Positions 33,818 through 45,494 of a DNA stretch of 64,000 bases are shown piece after piece. A program made the translations under genes and the position numbers. Under the pieces are notes generated by a model that searched no databases, was not told the origin of the DNA, and saw only the letters and a list, made by a program, of their open reading frames with translations. Where the stretch lies: contig CAWJIM010000002.1 in NCBI GenBank assembly GCA_963842945.1, positions 288,001-352,000 of the forward strand, given 5' to 3'. Each line of letters begins with the position of its first letter. Positions within the stretch are counted from its first letter, which is position 1. Source of the DNA: an uncultured Gemmatimonadales bacterium. GTDB taxonomy: Bacteria; Gemmatimonadota; Gemmatimonadetes; Gemmatimonadales; GWC2-71-9.

Positions 33818-36366
33818 TCACCCACACTCGCTGAAGCCGCACACGTGGCACTTCATGCAACCCTCGGCGAACTCCAGCTGGGATCCGCAGTCCGGACAGG
33901 CGCCCGACAGCATTTCCTGCATCCCGCCGAAAATCATCTGCTCTCCCCGGGCGCCCGACTGGCCGACCGGCTGGTTCACCACCGGAGCGAGCTCGGCCTG
34001 TGCGCCGGTCTTGGTGCCCGGCAGCAGCTCCTGCTGGATTCCCTGCTTTTCCTGCATCCAGCGCTCGATGGCGATGCCGACGGCGTCGGGCACCGACAGG
34101 ATCTTGTTCGGCCCCAGACCGATCACCCGGTCCGAGCTGATGCCGCGGAGCTGCCGATAGATCTCCTTGATGGGGATACCCGAGCGCAGCGCCAGACTGA
34201 TCAGGCGTCCCAGCGACTCCACGTCGGCCATCAGGGCCCCGCCGGCCTTGCCCAGAGTCATGAAGACCTCGAAGGGCTGGCCCTTGTCGTCTTCGGTGAT
34301 GGTGACGTAGAGCGTTCCGAGGGGCGTTTCAACCCGGCGGGTGGTGCCGCGCAGGACCTCGGGCCGGGAGCGCTTCTGCCGCCGCTGGAGGTTTTCCGAC
34401 TCCAGCTCGAGCACGATGCGCTGAAGCCGCTCGTTTTCCGCCCGCAGCTCGGCGATCTCACCGTGCAGAGTCGGCGGTTCCGGTGATTTCCTGGGTCGCC
34501 TGTCCGGCCTTCCCGGTCTTCACGTCCTTCCCGACTTGCTCCGTCACCTTCTTGGCGGTAGACCCGGCGGAGAGAACCTGCATGTCGCGGCTGCCATCGC
34601 GGTAGACGGTCACGCCTTTGCAGTTGAGCCGGTAAGCCAGCCGGTAGATCTCCTCGACGTATTCCTCGGTGGCATCGTGGGCGAAGTTGCAGGTCTTGGA
34701 GATGGCGCTGTCGTTGAACTCCTGAAATGCCGCCTGCATCCGGATGTGCCACTCGGGCTTGATGGCGTTGGCGGTGACGAAGACCCGCTGCCACTTGGCC
34801 GGAACCTCGGGGAAATCGATGTGGCCGGTCTCCGCGATCTTCCGCATCAGCTCGTCCGAGTACCAGCCCTCTGCCTTGGCGATGGCGATGAAATCCTCAT
34901 TCACATCGGGCATGAGGACCCCGGCCTGATTGCGCATGAAGGCGACGGCAAAGAGAGGCTCGATCCCGGAGCTGCACCCGGCGATGATCGAGATGGTGCC
35001 GGTGGGCGCCACGGTAGTGACGTTGCAGTTCCGCAGCCGCCGCATGGGTCGGATCCGCTCGCCCTGGGCGTCGCGGGCGCAGGTCTCATCCGGACCCCAG
35101 ATGCTCCGCTCCCACTCGGGGAACGTTCCGCGCTGGGCCGCGAGCCGCTCGGATTCGCGCTTGGCCTCCTCGTCGACGAACTGCTGGATCTTCCGGCCCA
35201 GGGCGACACCTTCCTCTGAATCGTAGGGTACGCCGAGCTTCACGAACACATCGGCCAGGCCCATGACCCCCAGCCCGATCCGGCGGATCCTCTGGGCCAG
35301 GTCGGTGATTTCCGGCAGCGGATACTGGTTGGCGTCGATGACGTTCTCCAGGAAGTGGGTGGAGAGGTGCACGACTCGCCGGAGCTCGTCCCAGTCAATC
35401 TCCTTCCCGTCGTTCCCGTCCTTGCCGCCTTCCCGCCCTCCTTCACAAACGCGCCCAGATTGATCGACCCCAGGTTGCAAACGTCATAGGGCAGCAGCGG
35501 CTGCTCCCCGCAGGGGTTCGTGGCCTCGTACTCACCCAGATGGGGAACCGGGTTGTAGTGGTTGGCGCTATCGACGAAGAACACGCCGGGCTCGCCGGTC
35601 TTCCAGGCGCCGTGGATGATCCGCTCCCAGACTTCGCGGGCCTGGAGCTGGCCGGTGACTTGCCCGGTTTTGGGATGAACCAGATCGTAGAGCCCGTCGG
35701 CCTCCACCGCAGCCATGAAGGCATCGGTGACGGCCACCGAGATGTTGAAATTGGTGATCTTGGTCGTGTCGTCCTTGCAGGTGATGAACTCCATGATGTC
35801 GGGGTGATCGACCCGGAGAATGCCCATGTTGGCCCCCCGCCGGGTGCCGCCCTGCTTGACCACATCGGTGGACGCATCGAACAGCGACATGAAGGAGACC
35901 GGGCCCGGAGGCCACGCCCATGGTGGAGCGTACGATGTCGTTCTTGGGACGAAGGCGGGAGAAGCTGAACCCGGTGCCGCCCCCCGACTGATGGACCAGC
36001 GCCATGGCTCGCAGGGTGTCATAGATGCCGCTCTTGCCATTGGAGAGCGCATCGTCCACCGGAAGCACGAAGCAGGCTGACAGCTGGCCCAGCGGGCGGC
36101 CCGCGTTCATCAGTGTGGGGGAGTTGGGCACGAAGAGGCGGTTGGCCATGAGCCCGAAGAAGTCGGCGGCCACCTGCTCCACCTGCTGGGCCGATCCCCC
36201 GTAGTGGGCGTCGGCCTGCGCCACGGTGCGGGCCACCCGCTGGAACAGGTCACGCGGACTTTCGACTGGCGTCGCCGGTCTCGTCCTTGAGCAGATAGCG
36301 CTTCTCGAGCACCGTGATGGCATTGGGCGAAAGCCGGACCGCGTCCCGTGGGGTGGACGATTTCAT
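33818..36366 (-). CDS. nrdJ: Class II (B12-dependent) ribonucleotide reductase with C-terminal TSCPD-like domain and Zn ribbon; frameshifted
   Basis: [80 protein letters not shown]. Confidence 0.93.
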
Positions 36367-36459
36367 AGAACTCCCCGCCTGAAAGGTATTGACTCAGAGG
36401 GTGGAGCGTGCTCAGCAGCGCGGCCGGCCTTGATGGTCGCGCGCCGAAAACGGAAGGCC

Positions 36460-36488
36460 AAGCTAGGACGCCAGGGCAACCGAGACAA
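36460..36488 (-). promoter_or_regulatory. Putative sigma70 promoter of nrdJ
   Basis: TTGTCT-N17-TAGCTT about 95 nt upstream of the start codon. Confidence 0.45.
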
Positions 36489-36530
36489 TACCGCAGGAAA
36501 TAGCCCGAAACTACGTGCGATCCTGCTGTC

Positions 36531-37110
36531 TCACATCACAAATATAACAGGGGAATGTGGACAAGTGGATTGGTAGGGTGAATTGGTGGCGGACGAAGCA
36601 AAGGGCGCTGGCATCACAGCACGGATACCGGCCTTGTGGGCCCGCGCCTCCTTGACGTAGTGCCTCCAGGTGGCGGCAATCCGTTCTGCCAGCGCGGCAT
36701 CCACCTGCCGGACGATCCGCCCGGGCACACCCATGACGAGCGAACCGGGGGGTACCTGCATCCCCTCCGGCACCACCGCTCCCGCTGCCACCACGCTGCC
36801 GCTTCCAATCGTGACCCCATTGAGCAGCACGCTTCCCATGGCGATCAGGCAGTCATCCCCGACCGTGCAGCCATGGAGGATCACTCGGTGGCCCAACCCC
36901 GACCCGCTCTGCCCACGGTGCAGGGCACGCCATCGTCCACGTGGACGACGGTACCGTCCTGGATATTGGATTGAGCGCCGATGACGATCGGAGCCATGTC
37001 GCCCCGCAGCACGGCGTCCGTACCAGATGCTGGCGTCTTCGCCCAGAGTCACGTCGCCCATCACGGCAGCGGTGGGCGCGATGAAGGCGGATGGGATGAA
37101 TATTGGTCAG
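36531..37110 (-). CDS. Gamma carbonic anhydrase family (hexapeptide-repeat) protein; frameshifted
   Basis: AFIAPTAAVMGDVTLG, SNIQDGTVVH, GHRVILHGCTVGDDCLI, SLVMGVPGR. Both ends approximate. Confidence 0.88.
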
Positions 37111-37121
37111 CGAGAAGCCCT

Positions 37122-39167
37122 CTACTGTTCCTGGGCAGGAGGGAACAGCATCTGGGTCCAGGCCTCGACCGGCGCTCCATCCTTCAGCGCCGGGTGCCAG
37201 GTGACGGTCCACACGAAGTTACGGACCTCCCGCTCGAAGGCTGGATCGTCCGACGGCCGGAGCCGCATGATGTCCACGGTCCGGCCCTCGGCCGAGACTT
37301 TGACCCACAGCAGTGATGGCCGGGGAGACGGCTGGGCGTCCGGGGGGAGCGTCACGAACGGGGGGTTGACCGGCTTGGGCCGCTCATCGAAGCAGGAGCC
37401 ATCGGCATTGTAGCCCGGTCCCGGGCACACAGCCGGGCTCGGCCCGTCGCTGCGCCTCGCGGCCGGGTCGGCAGCGGGGCGCCGATCTGGGTGAGCTGGG
37501 GGGTAAGCTCCTGGACCTGGCCCGGGCGGACCACGATGGTATCGGAATAGAAGTTGTACCGCGGGGCCGAGATGGCGAGCGCATGAGGTCCCGGCGCAAG
37601 CTTGGTCAGCGCCTGGGTGATCGGTTGCTCGTCGATCAGGACGGTGGATCCGCGGGGCAGACCGATCAGCCGGATGCCGCCGCTGTCCACCGGTCCGACT
37701 GACGTCATTGACCAGCGGCCAACCCGGCGGCGTCGAATCCCTGGGCGGCTTCTAGCCGCCGAGTCCGCCCGTGGAGCCGACGCCGCCGCTGGGCGAGGCT
37801 CCGGTGTCGCGCGGAGCAGCGATGGCCTGATTGCGCCGTGGTATCGATCCGCTGGCTGGTGTCGCCACCAACCTTGACCGAGTCCGCCGGCTCGGCCGCG
37901 ATCCCCCCGGGGGCGAAGCCGTGCGCCGTGTAGTAGTACAAGGCGCCGCCCACTGCCACCCAGCACGCGCAAGCAGAATCCAGAGCCAGGCCCAGGAGGA
38001 CGCACTTGCCCGCATGGCCACGGAGCGGTCGGCGACCCGGCGGGGCACCTCGCGCCGCTCCCGGGGCGTCATCCGCCGGTTGACCAGCGGGGAATCGAGC
38101 GGGGTGGTGGGCTGGCTCACGATGGGCGGAAACGCCCCGCCGCTCGCCACCGAGCCCCTCGCCGAGCCCGCCGCCGGCCGCGGCAGGAACCCCGGTCGCC
38201 AGCTGCGTCCGCACCGCTCCGGTCGCCGCGATCGGCTGACCCTGAAACGAGGCGACCAGCTCCTCGCAGCTCTGGATACCGGTCGAACGGATCCTTCATC
38301 AGCATCCGCTTGATGACCTCGAAGATGACGGCGCTCGTCGGCGGTGACCAGGCTGGGCGTGGGGATCGGCTCGGTGATGTGCTTGTAGCCGATCGAGAAG
38401 CTGTCCTCACCATCGTAGGGGACGCTGCCGGTCAGGCACTGATACGCCACGATGCCCAGGCTGTAGATGTCGCTCCGGCCATCGATCGGCTGGGCCCGGG
38501 CCTGCTCCGGGCTCATGTAGTGCGGAGTCCCGATGGACATGCCGGTCCCGGTCAGCTTCTGTCCGGACGCTGCCTTGGCGATGCCGAAGTCGGTCAGTAC
38601 GCTCTGCCCGAACTCGTCGAACATGATGTTGTCGGGCTTGATGTCCCGGTGCACGATGCCGCGTTGGGCCGCGTAGCCCAGCGCACTGCCTGCCTCGAGC
38701 AGCAGCCGCCGGATCTCGGGCGGGGTGAGCTTCTTCCGCTGGCCCAGGACGCTGGAGAGCGAGCCGCCCCGCAGGAACTTCATGACGAAGTAGATCACCC
38801 GACCGGAGCGGCCGACCCGATAGATCGGAATGATGTTGGGATGCTCCAGCTGAGCGGCGGTGCGGGCCTCGCGCTGGAAGCGCTCCACGAACTCGGTGTC
38901 GAAGGCAAGGGAAAACGGCAGGACCTTGACCGCCACCTCGCGCTCCAGCTGCCGGTCCTTGGCCCGGTACACCATCGCCATCCCGCCCCGACCCAGCTCC
39001 TCGATGATCTCGTATTCCGCGGCGAGCGACTCGCGCACGAGGTCGAGCTCCTGCAGCACCCCGGTCGCGATGGCATGCACCGGGGTGGTGGCCATGAGGT
39101 CCAGGCCGCAGGAGGGGCAGAACTTCGATTTTCCGGTGATTTCGCTGCCACAGCGGGAGCAGAACAT
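37122..39167 (-). CDS. Hanks-type Ser/Thr kinase: Zn ribbon, kinase, TM, PEGA-like, TonB C-terminal-like; frameshifted
   Basis: MFCSRCG..FCPSCG; GRGGMAMVY, VAVK, HRDIKPDN, DFG, GTPHYMSPE; GSTVLIDEQ..LAPGPHALAISAP; VKVSAEGRT..WHPALKDGAPV. Confidence 0.88.
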
Positions 39168-39242
39168 GGCGCGCAAGCTACGCGGCGCCCTTGCGGAGTT
39201 CAAGCGGAATCGCGTGGCGTATCGCGAGATGGGTTGCGATAA

Positions 39243-39356
39243 GCAGGGCAGCTCGGCAGCGCGGGCAGCGGGGCAGATGAACCAGCCTTGAAATGATCTG
39301 ACTCAACATCAGAGGGAAAATCGCTGCACCCTGCCCCGCGGCCCCGCTGCCCCGCC
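39243..39356. repeat. Inverted arrays of the octamer GGCAGCGG flanking an AT-richer core
   Basis: Left arm GCAGGGCAGCTCGGCAGCGCGGGCAGCGGGGCAG; right arm GCTGCACCCTGCCCCGCGGCCCCGCTGCCCCGC. Confidence 0.65.
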
Positions 39357-39376
39357 AGCATTGGCACGTAATCACC

Positions 39377-39899
39377 GTGCAGCCGGTGGTCCGGCTCCCC
39401 CAGCCTCGGGACCCCTCTTCCGCGTCATCCACTCTGGAGAGCCTGTGGTCCCGTATCACACGATCGCCTTCAGCCAGCAGAAGCTCAGGGCCGCCCTGCG
39501 CCGCGCCGCGGGCCAGGACCCGGCGTTCACCTATGGCTTCGTGGTCCACTCCCGGCGCCAGCATGAGCGCCCCACGCCTCGGGCTGATCACCCTGCACGG
39601 TGAGAGCCTGGCATTCAACGAGCGGCTGCTTGAAGTCGCTCGACGGGCTACCCCTCTGGTTGTTCGGTCACGCGCGGATAACCCTGGTGCCGGGGTCGTC
39701 GATCGCGCCGGCCGAAGGTGGCCGGACCAAGCAGGCCGACCGGCCTCTGGCCTCGATGCTGATGCACATCGCCACCTTCGATACCAGCACCGGCGTCACC
39801 CAGCACCTGGTTCAGGTGGAGGCGGTGGTCAAGGCGGAGAGCCTGGTTCAGCCGCTCCTGATTCTGACCCCGTCCCGCCCGGCCGCGTGGCCAATGTGA
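39377..39899 (+). CDS. Hypothetical protein; frameshifted
   Basis: Three overlapping ORFs (39377, 39361, 39600) stitch into a ~170-aa globular-looking protein with GC-biased third codon positions. Confidence 0.6.
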
Positions 39900-39976
39900 A
39901 GCGTAGGCAAAGACCCTCCGAGCAAGTTAGCCGGAGGGTCTTATCTGTATCGGGAACACCCGCTTACCGCTCACGC

Positions 39977-42268
39977 TTACTCTTTCCCGCTCACCGTCTT
40001 TCTCCTCCACCACCTGAAATTCCTGCGCTCGATGATCCTGCGCCCGTCCGCATCCACCACCAGGAGCTCGAGCACGTAGTTCCCCGGCTTGAGCCGATCG
40101 AGCTTGAGGCTGCGGTGGGTGCTGACCCGCTGGCGTGGTGGCCTGCTGCTCGAATTTGAGTCGATGGCCGCTCCGCCACCGCCAAAAATCTTCTTGAATA
40201 TCCCCCCGCCGGAGCCCTTCTTCTTGACCGTAAGCTCCACGGTATATGGAGCCGGGCTTGAGGCCCTCGATCTCGTAGTACAACTCCATCTCCTCGCCCC
40301 GCCTGTAGGTGCGGAGCGGATTGAAGAGCACGGTGTCGTCCGGCGTACGGCGCCAGCCGAGATTGGCGGTCGCGAGCCGAGCACCAGATCGCTGAGACTC
40401 GAGCCGGCCGCGCTGGTCGGTCCCACCCGTACGCTGTCGGTCGGGAGGGTGACCCCGGCAGTCGTCTCCCTGCTGAATGGCCAGGCGGTAGTGCAGTGGT
40501 CCCGGCAGGAACCGTGGCGCCCACCCGCCCGACCAGATGCTCGTTGGCGGCACCGCGCTCGGGGGCGACGAAGTGCCGGGTGGTGTCCAGCGAGGCGACG
40601 ACCTTGTCCCTGCTCGTCCAGTGGCGACGAAGCGGAGCCGACGCTGTAGAGGAATCCGCGAGTCACCGTGACCGGCTCGAGGCTGGACCCGGCAATGGCA
40701 TAGGCGATCTGCACCTTGGTGCCCGCTGGAATCGCGCCCGACGGCGAGCACCTCCGAGGTGCGCCTTCAGCTCGCTGGGGAAAGCGCAGCTCGTAGCTGT
40801 CGCTGTTGGTTCCTACCGCGATGCTCTCCTGCCCTGCCCGGCGCTCCTGGCTCTGGTAGCGCCCGGTGCTGCCTCGGCCGGCGCTCTGCAGCCGGCGGTA
40901 GATCGGCGACAGCTGCTCCCGCGACAGCATCAGCTGCTCGGCCATGGCATTGTCGGCGGCCGTTGGCCTGCTCCCTGCAGCTGCACGGCATTGCTGAACC
41001 CGAGCACGTCGAAGAGGCTCTCGACCAGCTTGAAGTCCTGCACGTCCTCCCGGGCGATGAAGTGGAAGATCAGGTCGCCGTCGGTGCGGGCGTAGCGCCA
41101 GGATTCGTTGGGCTCCAGACCGGGTGCGGCATAGCTGGCCCGGCTGGAAGGCTCGCCATGGCGGATGTAGATGACTCCCCGATCGTCAAAATCCCGGCTG
41201 CCGGAGCGATACCGCTCGACGATGTCGTAATGCCGGTTATTGGTGGTGAGCTGGAAATTCTTGCGGGCGTAGAACAGACGGCGGTAGTGCTCGCGCAGCC
41301 GCTCGCCATCGGCCCGCAGCTCGGCCCGGTCCCGCTGGCCCCAGAACCGCCGCAGGTATGCGCGCCCGGCGGGCGCCCTGCTGCTGGTCGAACTCACGCA
41401 GGACGCTGTCCGAGGCAATGGTGGCGAGATCGGCCCGATAACCCGCGACGGTGGTGGAGTCGTCCAGCAGGCCGCACCCTCGAAATACGGTGTGACACCT
41501 TCGAAACGGCCCAGCAGGAGAATGCGTACGCGCGATCTCGAGGAGGCCGAGACCTCGGTTCTGGCCATGCTCGCAGGTAGCCGTTGAAGGCGGCCAGGGC
41601 GGAGTCACCGTCCCCAACTTCGCGCTCCACCCGGCCCCGGGCGAGGAGCACCTCGGGATCGACTTCGGCGGGGGTGGGTGCCGGCCCGGCGCAGCGCTTC
41701 CAGCGCCACGCCGAGCTTGATGTTCACCCGCTGCCGCAACGCGGTGTTGGCCAGATCCACCAGACCGCGGACAAACGAAGGGTCGACCTCGGCTGACTTG
41801 GCAAACGCCACTGCTGAGCGGGTCAGCGCATCCTTCCCCAGCATCGTCTTGAGGCCGGTCACGAAGGAGACCTGGGAGTCGCCCACCCCATATTCCGCCA
41901 GTCCCATTCCGTACCAGGCGTAGGGCCAGGAAGGCTGAAGATCGATAGCCCACTGGAACTCCGAGGCCGCATCGTCATAGTGGGCCTGGCCGCCCAGGTC
42001 GCCCAGCCGGAGCGAAAGAAACCCCAGCTTCAGATGGATCATGCCGTCGTTGCGATCGACCTTGGCGGAATCGATCAGCCGCTTTTCGAGGGCGAGAAGC
42101 CCGATGGAATCGGACGGTGGATGCGAGGGAGTCGCGGAAGCGTTCCAGCTCGGCTCGATCGGCTCGGGGCCTGAGCCGTGATCGAGCGGGGAACCAGATG
42201 CCAGGACGGCGAGGGCGAGAAGGCCGCAGCGCGACTGAAGTTTCGTTTTCAGAACTGAGGTGCAACAT
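39977..42268 (-). CDS. GWxTD domain protein with N-terminal TPR-like repeats; frameshifted
   Basis: YLRRFWGQRD..LREHYRRLFYARKNF..DDRGVIYIRHGEP..ESWRY; TPR-like AWYGMGLAEY; Ig-like C-terminus LKPGNYVLEL. Confidence 0.8.
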
Positions 42269-42361
42269 CAGCCAGACCTCGTCACTGCACGCCCTACTTA
42301 AGGGCACCGCCGTCCGACCGGCTGCCGGCGGAGGCGCGGGGCGATGGAATTGATTTGCGCC

Positions 42362-44353
42362 CTAGGAGACGCCCTTGATCCGACCGGCCCACATCGCGTG
42401 GGGGCTGGTTCCGGGCCCGTCCCCGAAGAAAACTCTCGGATACCCTCGTAGCACGCCTCGGGCATAGAGCCGCTGCCCCGAAGCTGACCGAAGCCGAACC
42501 TCCTGATCCGGCATGATCACGAACATTCCCTCACTCAGCACCGACGGCATCCAGGTGGCACGGATCAGTGCCAGGTCCGCCCGGCTGATACCGAGATCGG
42601 GAAGCCCGAGCCGGCGCACCAGCGCCCGCTGGATTTCGGCCGCCAACGGCAAGCTGCGGGGCTGATTATAGAATACGCTGGTCCCGTTATTGGTGAAGGG
42701 GTTGACCCCATCCGGCAACGCGTTGTTATGAATGGAAACCAGCAGCTCTGCCCCGCTGGTATCGGCCAACGCCACTCGCGGCCACAGGTCCACCGCGGTA
42801 TCGGCCGTGCGGGTCATGATCACACGGGCTCCCGCCTGCTTGCAGCAGTGCGCGAAGCTGCAGGGCCACGGCCAGGTTGGCATCCGCCTCCCGCAGCCCC
42901 GTCGGACCGGTGGAACCCAGAGGCGGGTGTCCCGGATCGATGGCGATGAGGCGGCCCCGCAGCGGGTGGCTGGATGAGATGGACGGCGGGCGCCGGATCT
43001 CGAGCAGCAGATCGTTTCGATTCCAGCGGGTGCGATAGCCCCAGACCGGCTGCGGTCAGCTCTGCCGTGAAGCTCAGCTCGTCGGCGCTGCTCTGAGCCC
43101 AGCTCAGCCGGCGGACCAGCGAGTCCGTCCCATAGCGCATCCAGTCCACGTCCCCCACCGCGCTGTAGAACGTGATCGTGAGGCCCGTTCGGTCTCGATC
43201 ACCTGGAAGGGCACCCGCTGGGTGAGCGGTATGCGGAGCGCGACCCGGTCTGGCCGGCTGTCAGCGTCACCGAGCCCACCACGGCGCTCGGGGCCGGAAT
43301 TCCGCTGGGCAGAGCGCCGCGCATCCGATGCCGGTACCCAGGCCACCGGCCTCGGGCGAGAGCCGAATGCGAAGGTCGTCGTTCAGTCGGGCCGTCACCT
43401 GGGCCCGTGTGCCGGTGGGAAAGAACCATTGATAAGGTGCCACCAGGCGTGGCGCTGCCGGGTGTCAGGCTGTCGGTCTTTCCCTGCCTCGTCGTATCAT
43501 CGTCGAACTGGGTGACCAGCGGCAGGGTATCGAGCAGCGCTACCTGCAAGGGCCACCGCGCCGAACGGTGTCTCGATCCAGCACGGCCTCCAGGGTTGCC
43601 CAGCCCGAATCAGGAGACAGGAGCTCGGCGTAGGGAGTCGGACAGGAAGCCCCGGTGACGCAGCGCAACACGGCCCGGCCGAGCACCCGAACCAGCGCGC
43701 GCGAGGGGCCGCGAAGGATGGGCCCGGGATCGGGACCCAGCGTTTTACCCCGGAGCACGCCGACAAACCTGATTTCGTCCGGCGTCCGCAGCTTGGTGGT
43801 GTCGTGCTCGAATGCCCGAATGGCGGGGAGAACTTCCTCCGGCTGGCGCTGAGGAAGCAGTTGGACGCTGGAACCATCGGGCAGATGTAGCCGAACGTCC
43901 GATCCTTCCGCAGCGCGGGCGGACAGCGTGACGTACTCGTCCCGACCGATCCATGCCTGCCCCGAGGCGAAAGCGACACCGAATCGATCCAGGCCCGGCC
44001 CGACCTCACTTCACCCGGCACGAAGCGCGGATCGCGTCGAACGGTAGTTCATCACGCTCGAGTCCTGCCCCCGGAAGCCTCGATCCTGAATTGCATCACG
44101 CTGTCGGGCGGAAACGGAAGCCAGGCCAGCCAGGCACCGTTGGGCCACACCCGAACCCGGTCGCCGTTGATGGTGAGTCGCACGTCGGGCCCAGAACCGA
44201 TCCGAGCAGAAAGCTCGAGTCCCGGACCCGGACTCGGTCCTCGGAGGCGGGATAGACGACGCGAAGCGCGATGGGGGGTGCTTGCGACAGAACAGAGGTT
44301 GGCGCGGTGAAAAGCAGCCACAGCGCCGCGACGGCCCTTCGCTGGAACGGCAT
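42362..44353 (-). CDS. N-acetylmuramoyl-L-alanine amidase (Amidase_3) with long N-terminal region; frameshifted
   Basis: Signal peptide; AIDPGH, READANL, VIMTR, VSIHNNA, MPSVLSE. Confidence 0.88.
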
Positions 44354-44396
44354 GGCTGCAAGGTAAACGTTGACTATGACTTACGCCAAGGCAGCG

Positions 44397-44425
44397 TTGA
44401 CGCTTTTCATACCGCTCCCTAGATT
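44397..44425 (+). promoter_or_regulatory. Putative sigma70 promoter of PP2C-ampG
   Basis: TTGACG-N17-TAGATT. Confidence 0.55.
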
Positions 44426-44468
44426 CGTCAGACCTCGAACGCCCTGCCTGACGGAAGGACTGCGTGGA

Positions 44469-45491
44469 ATGACCAACGGCTCGGTACGCGTCTCCGTCTT
44501 CGGCAAGACCGACCTGGGCCGCACCCGCGATCACAACGAGGACACCTTCCTCGTCGCCGACCTGAGCACCGGCAACGCCAGCCTCCAGCCTGAAGTCCGC
44601 AGTCATCAGATCGGCCCCAAGGGCTCCCTGTTCATGGTAGCCGATGGCATGGGCGGCGCGGCCGCAGGGGAGCTGGCCAGCGCCATGGCAGCCGACCTCA
44701 TCTACCGCCACATGGCCACCGCCTGGGCCAACGATGGCCACCCCACCGCTTCCCGGTTTGCCTTTCGAATGAAGGAGGCGGTCGAGCTGGCCAATGCAGA
44801 GATCTACGCCTACGCCCGGGAGCACCCCGAGGTGCGAGGGATGGGAACGACCGTGACCGCGGCGGGGATCTTCGGCAGTGACCTCTATCTCGCGCAGATC
44901 GGCGACAGCCGAGCCTACCTGGTGCGGGGGAACGAAGCGATTCAGCTGACCAAGGACCAAAGTCTGATGCAGCGCCTGGTGGATGCGGGCGAGCTGACCG
45001 AGGTGGAGGCCGAACAGAGCGAGCGGCGCAACATCATTCTGCAGGCGCTGGGTCCCGACCCGCGGGTGAAGGTGGATCTCACCCATCAGCCGGTGCGGCG
45101 GGGTGACACCCTGATTCTCTGCTCCGATGGATTGTCGGGGCTGGTTCGCCGGGAGGAGTTCGCCGGGCTGGCCCAACAGCACCGGGACCCGCCGGCCCTC
45201 TGCGCCGCGCTCATCGATCTCGCGAACGAACGTGGCGGACCGGACAACATCACCGTCATCACCGCGCGGTTCGAGGGGGAGGGTTTGCCGGAAGCCGGCG
45301 GGGAAGACGACGTAGGATACCAGAGCTACCGGATTTCCTCGCCCACCAACCAGCAGGACTCCGCCGACGCCTCTGAGCCGCCCTCCGCCGGAGATGCCGG
45401 CTCCAGCATCGCCCTGGACCGGCTGCGGAATCTCGGCCTCATCATGCTGTTAGTTGGGGTCGTCATGCTTCTGCTCGCCGTGTGGCGATAG
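44469..45491 (+). CDS. PP2C-family Ser/Thr phosphatase with C-terminal TM
   Basis: GRTRDHNED, VADGMGG, GMGTT, GDSRAY, LCSDGL, GGPDNIT; hydrophobic C-terminus. Confidence 0.93.
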   Translation: MTNGSVRVSVFGKTDLGRTRDHNEDTFLVADLSTGNASLQPEVRSHQIGPKGSLFMVADGMGGAAAGELASAMAADLIYRHMATAWANDGHPTASRFAFRMKEAVELANAEIYAYAREHPEVRGMGTTVTAAGIFGSDLYLAQIGDSRAYLVRGNEAIQLTKDQSLMQRLVDAGELTEVEAEQSERRNIILQALGPDPRVKVDLTHQPVRRGDTLILCSDGLSGLVRREEFAGLAQQHRDPPALCAALIDLANERGGPDNITVITARFEGEGLPEAGGEDDVGYQSYRISSPTNQQDSADASEPPSAGDAGSSIALDRLRNLGLIMLLVGVVMLLLAVWR

Positions 45492-45494
45492 CGT

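Noticed and set aside
33818..34460. Separate nrdJb gene or intein in nrdJ
   Set aside because: No RBS or ATG for the downstream part, and a coiled-coil linker continues across indels. No intein motifs after NPCGE.
36367..36530. Cobalamin riboswitch before nrdJ
   Set aside because: B12-box core motifs were not found.
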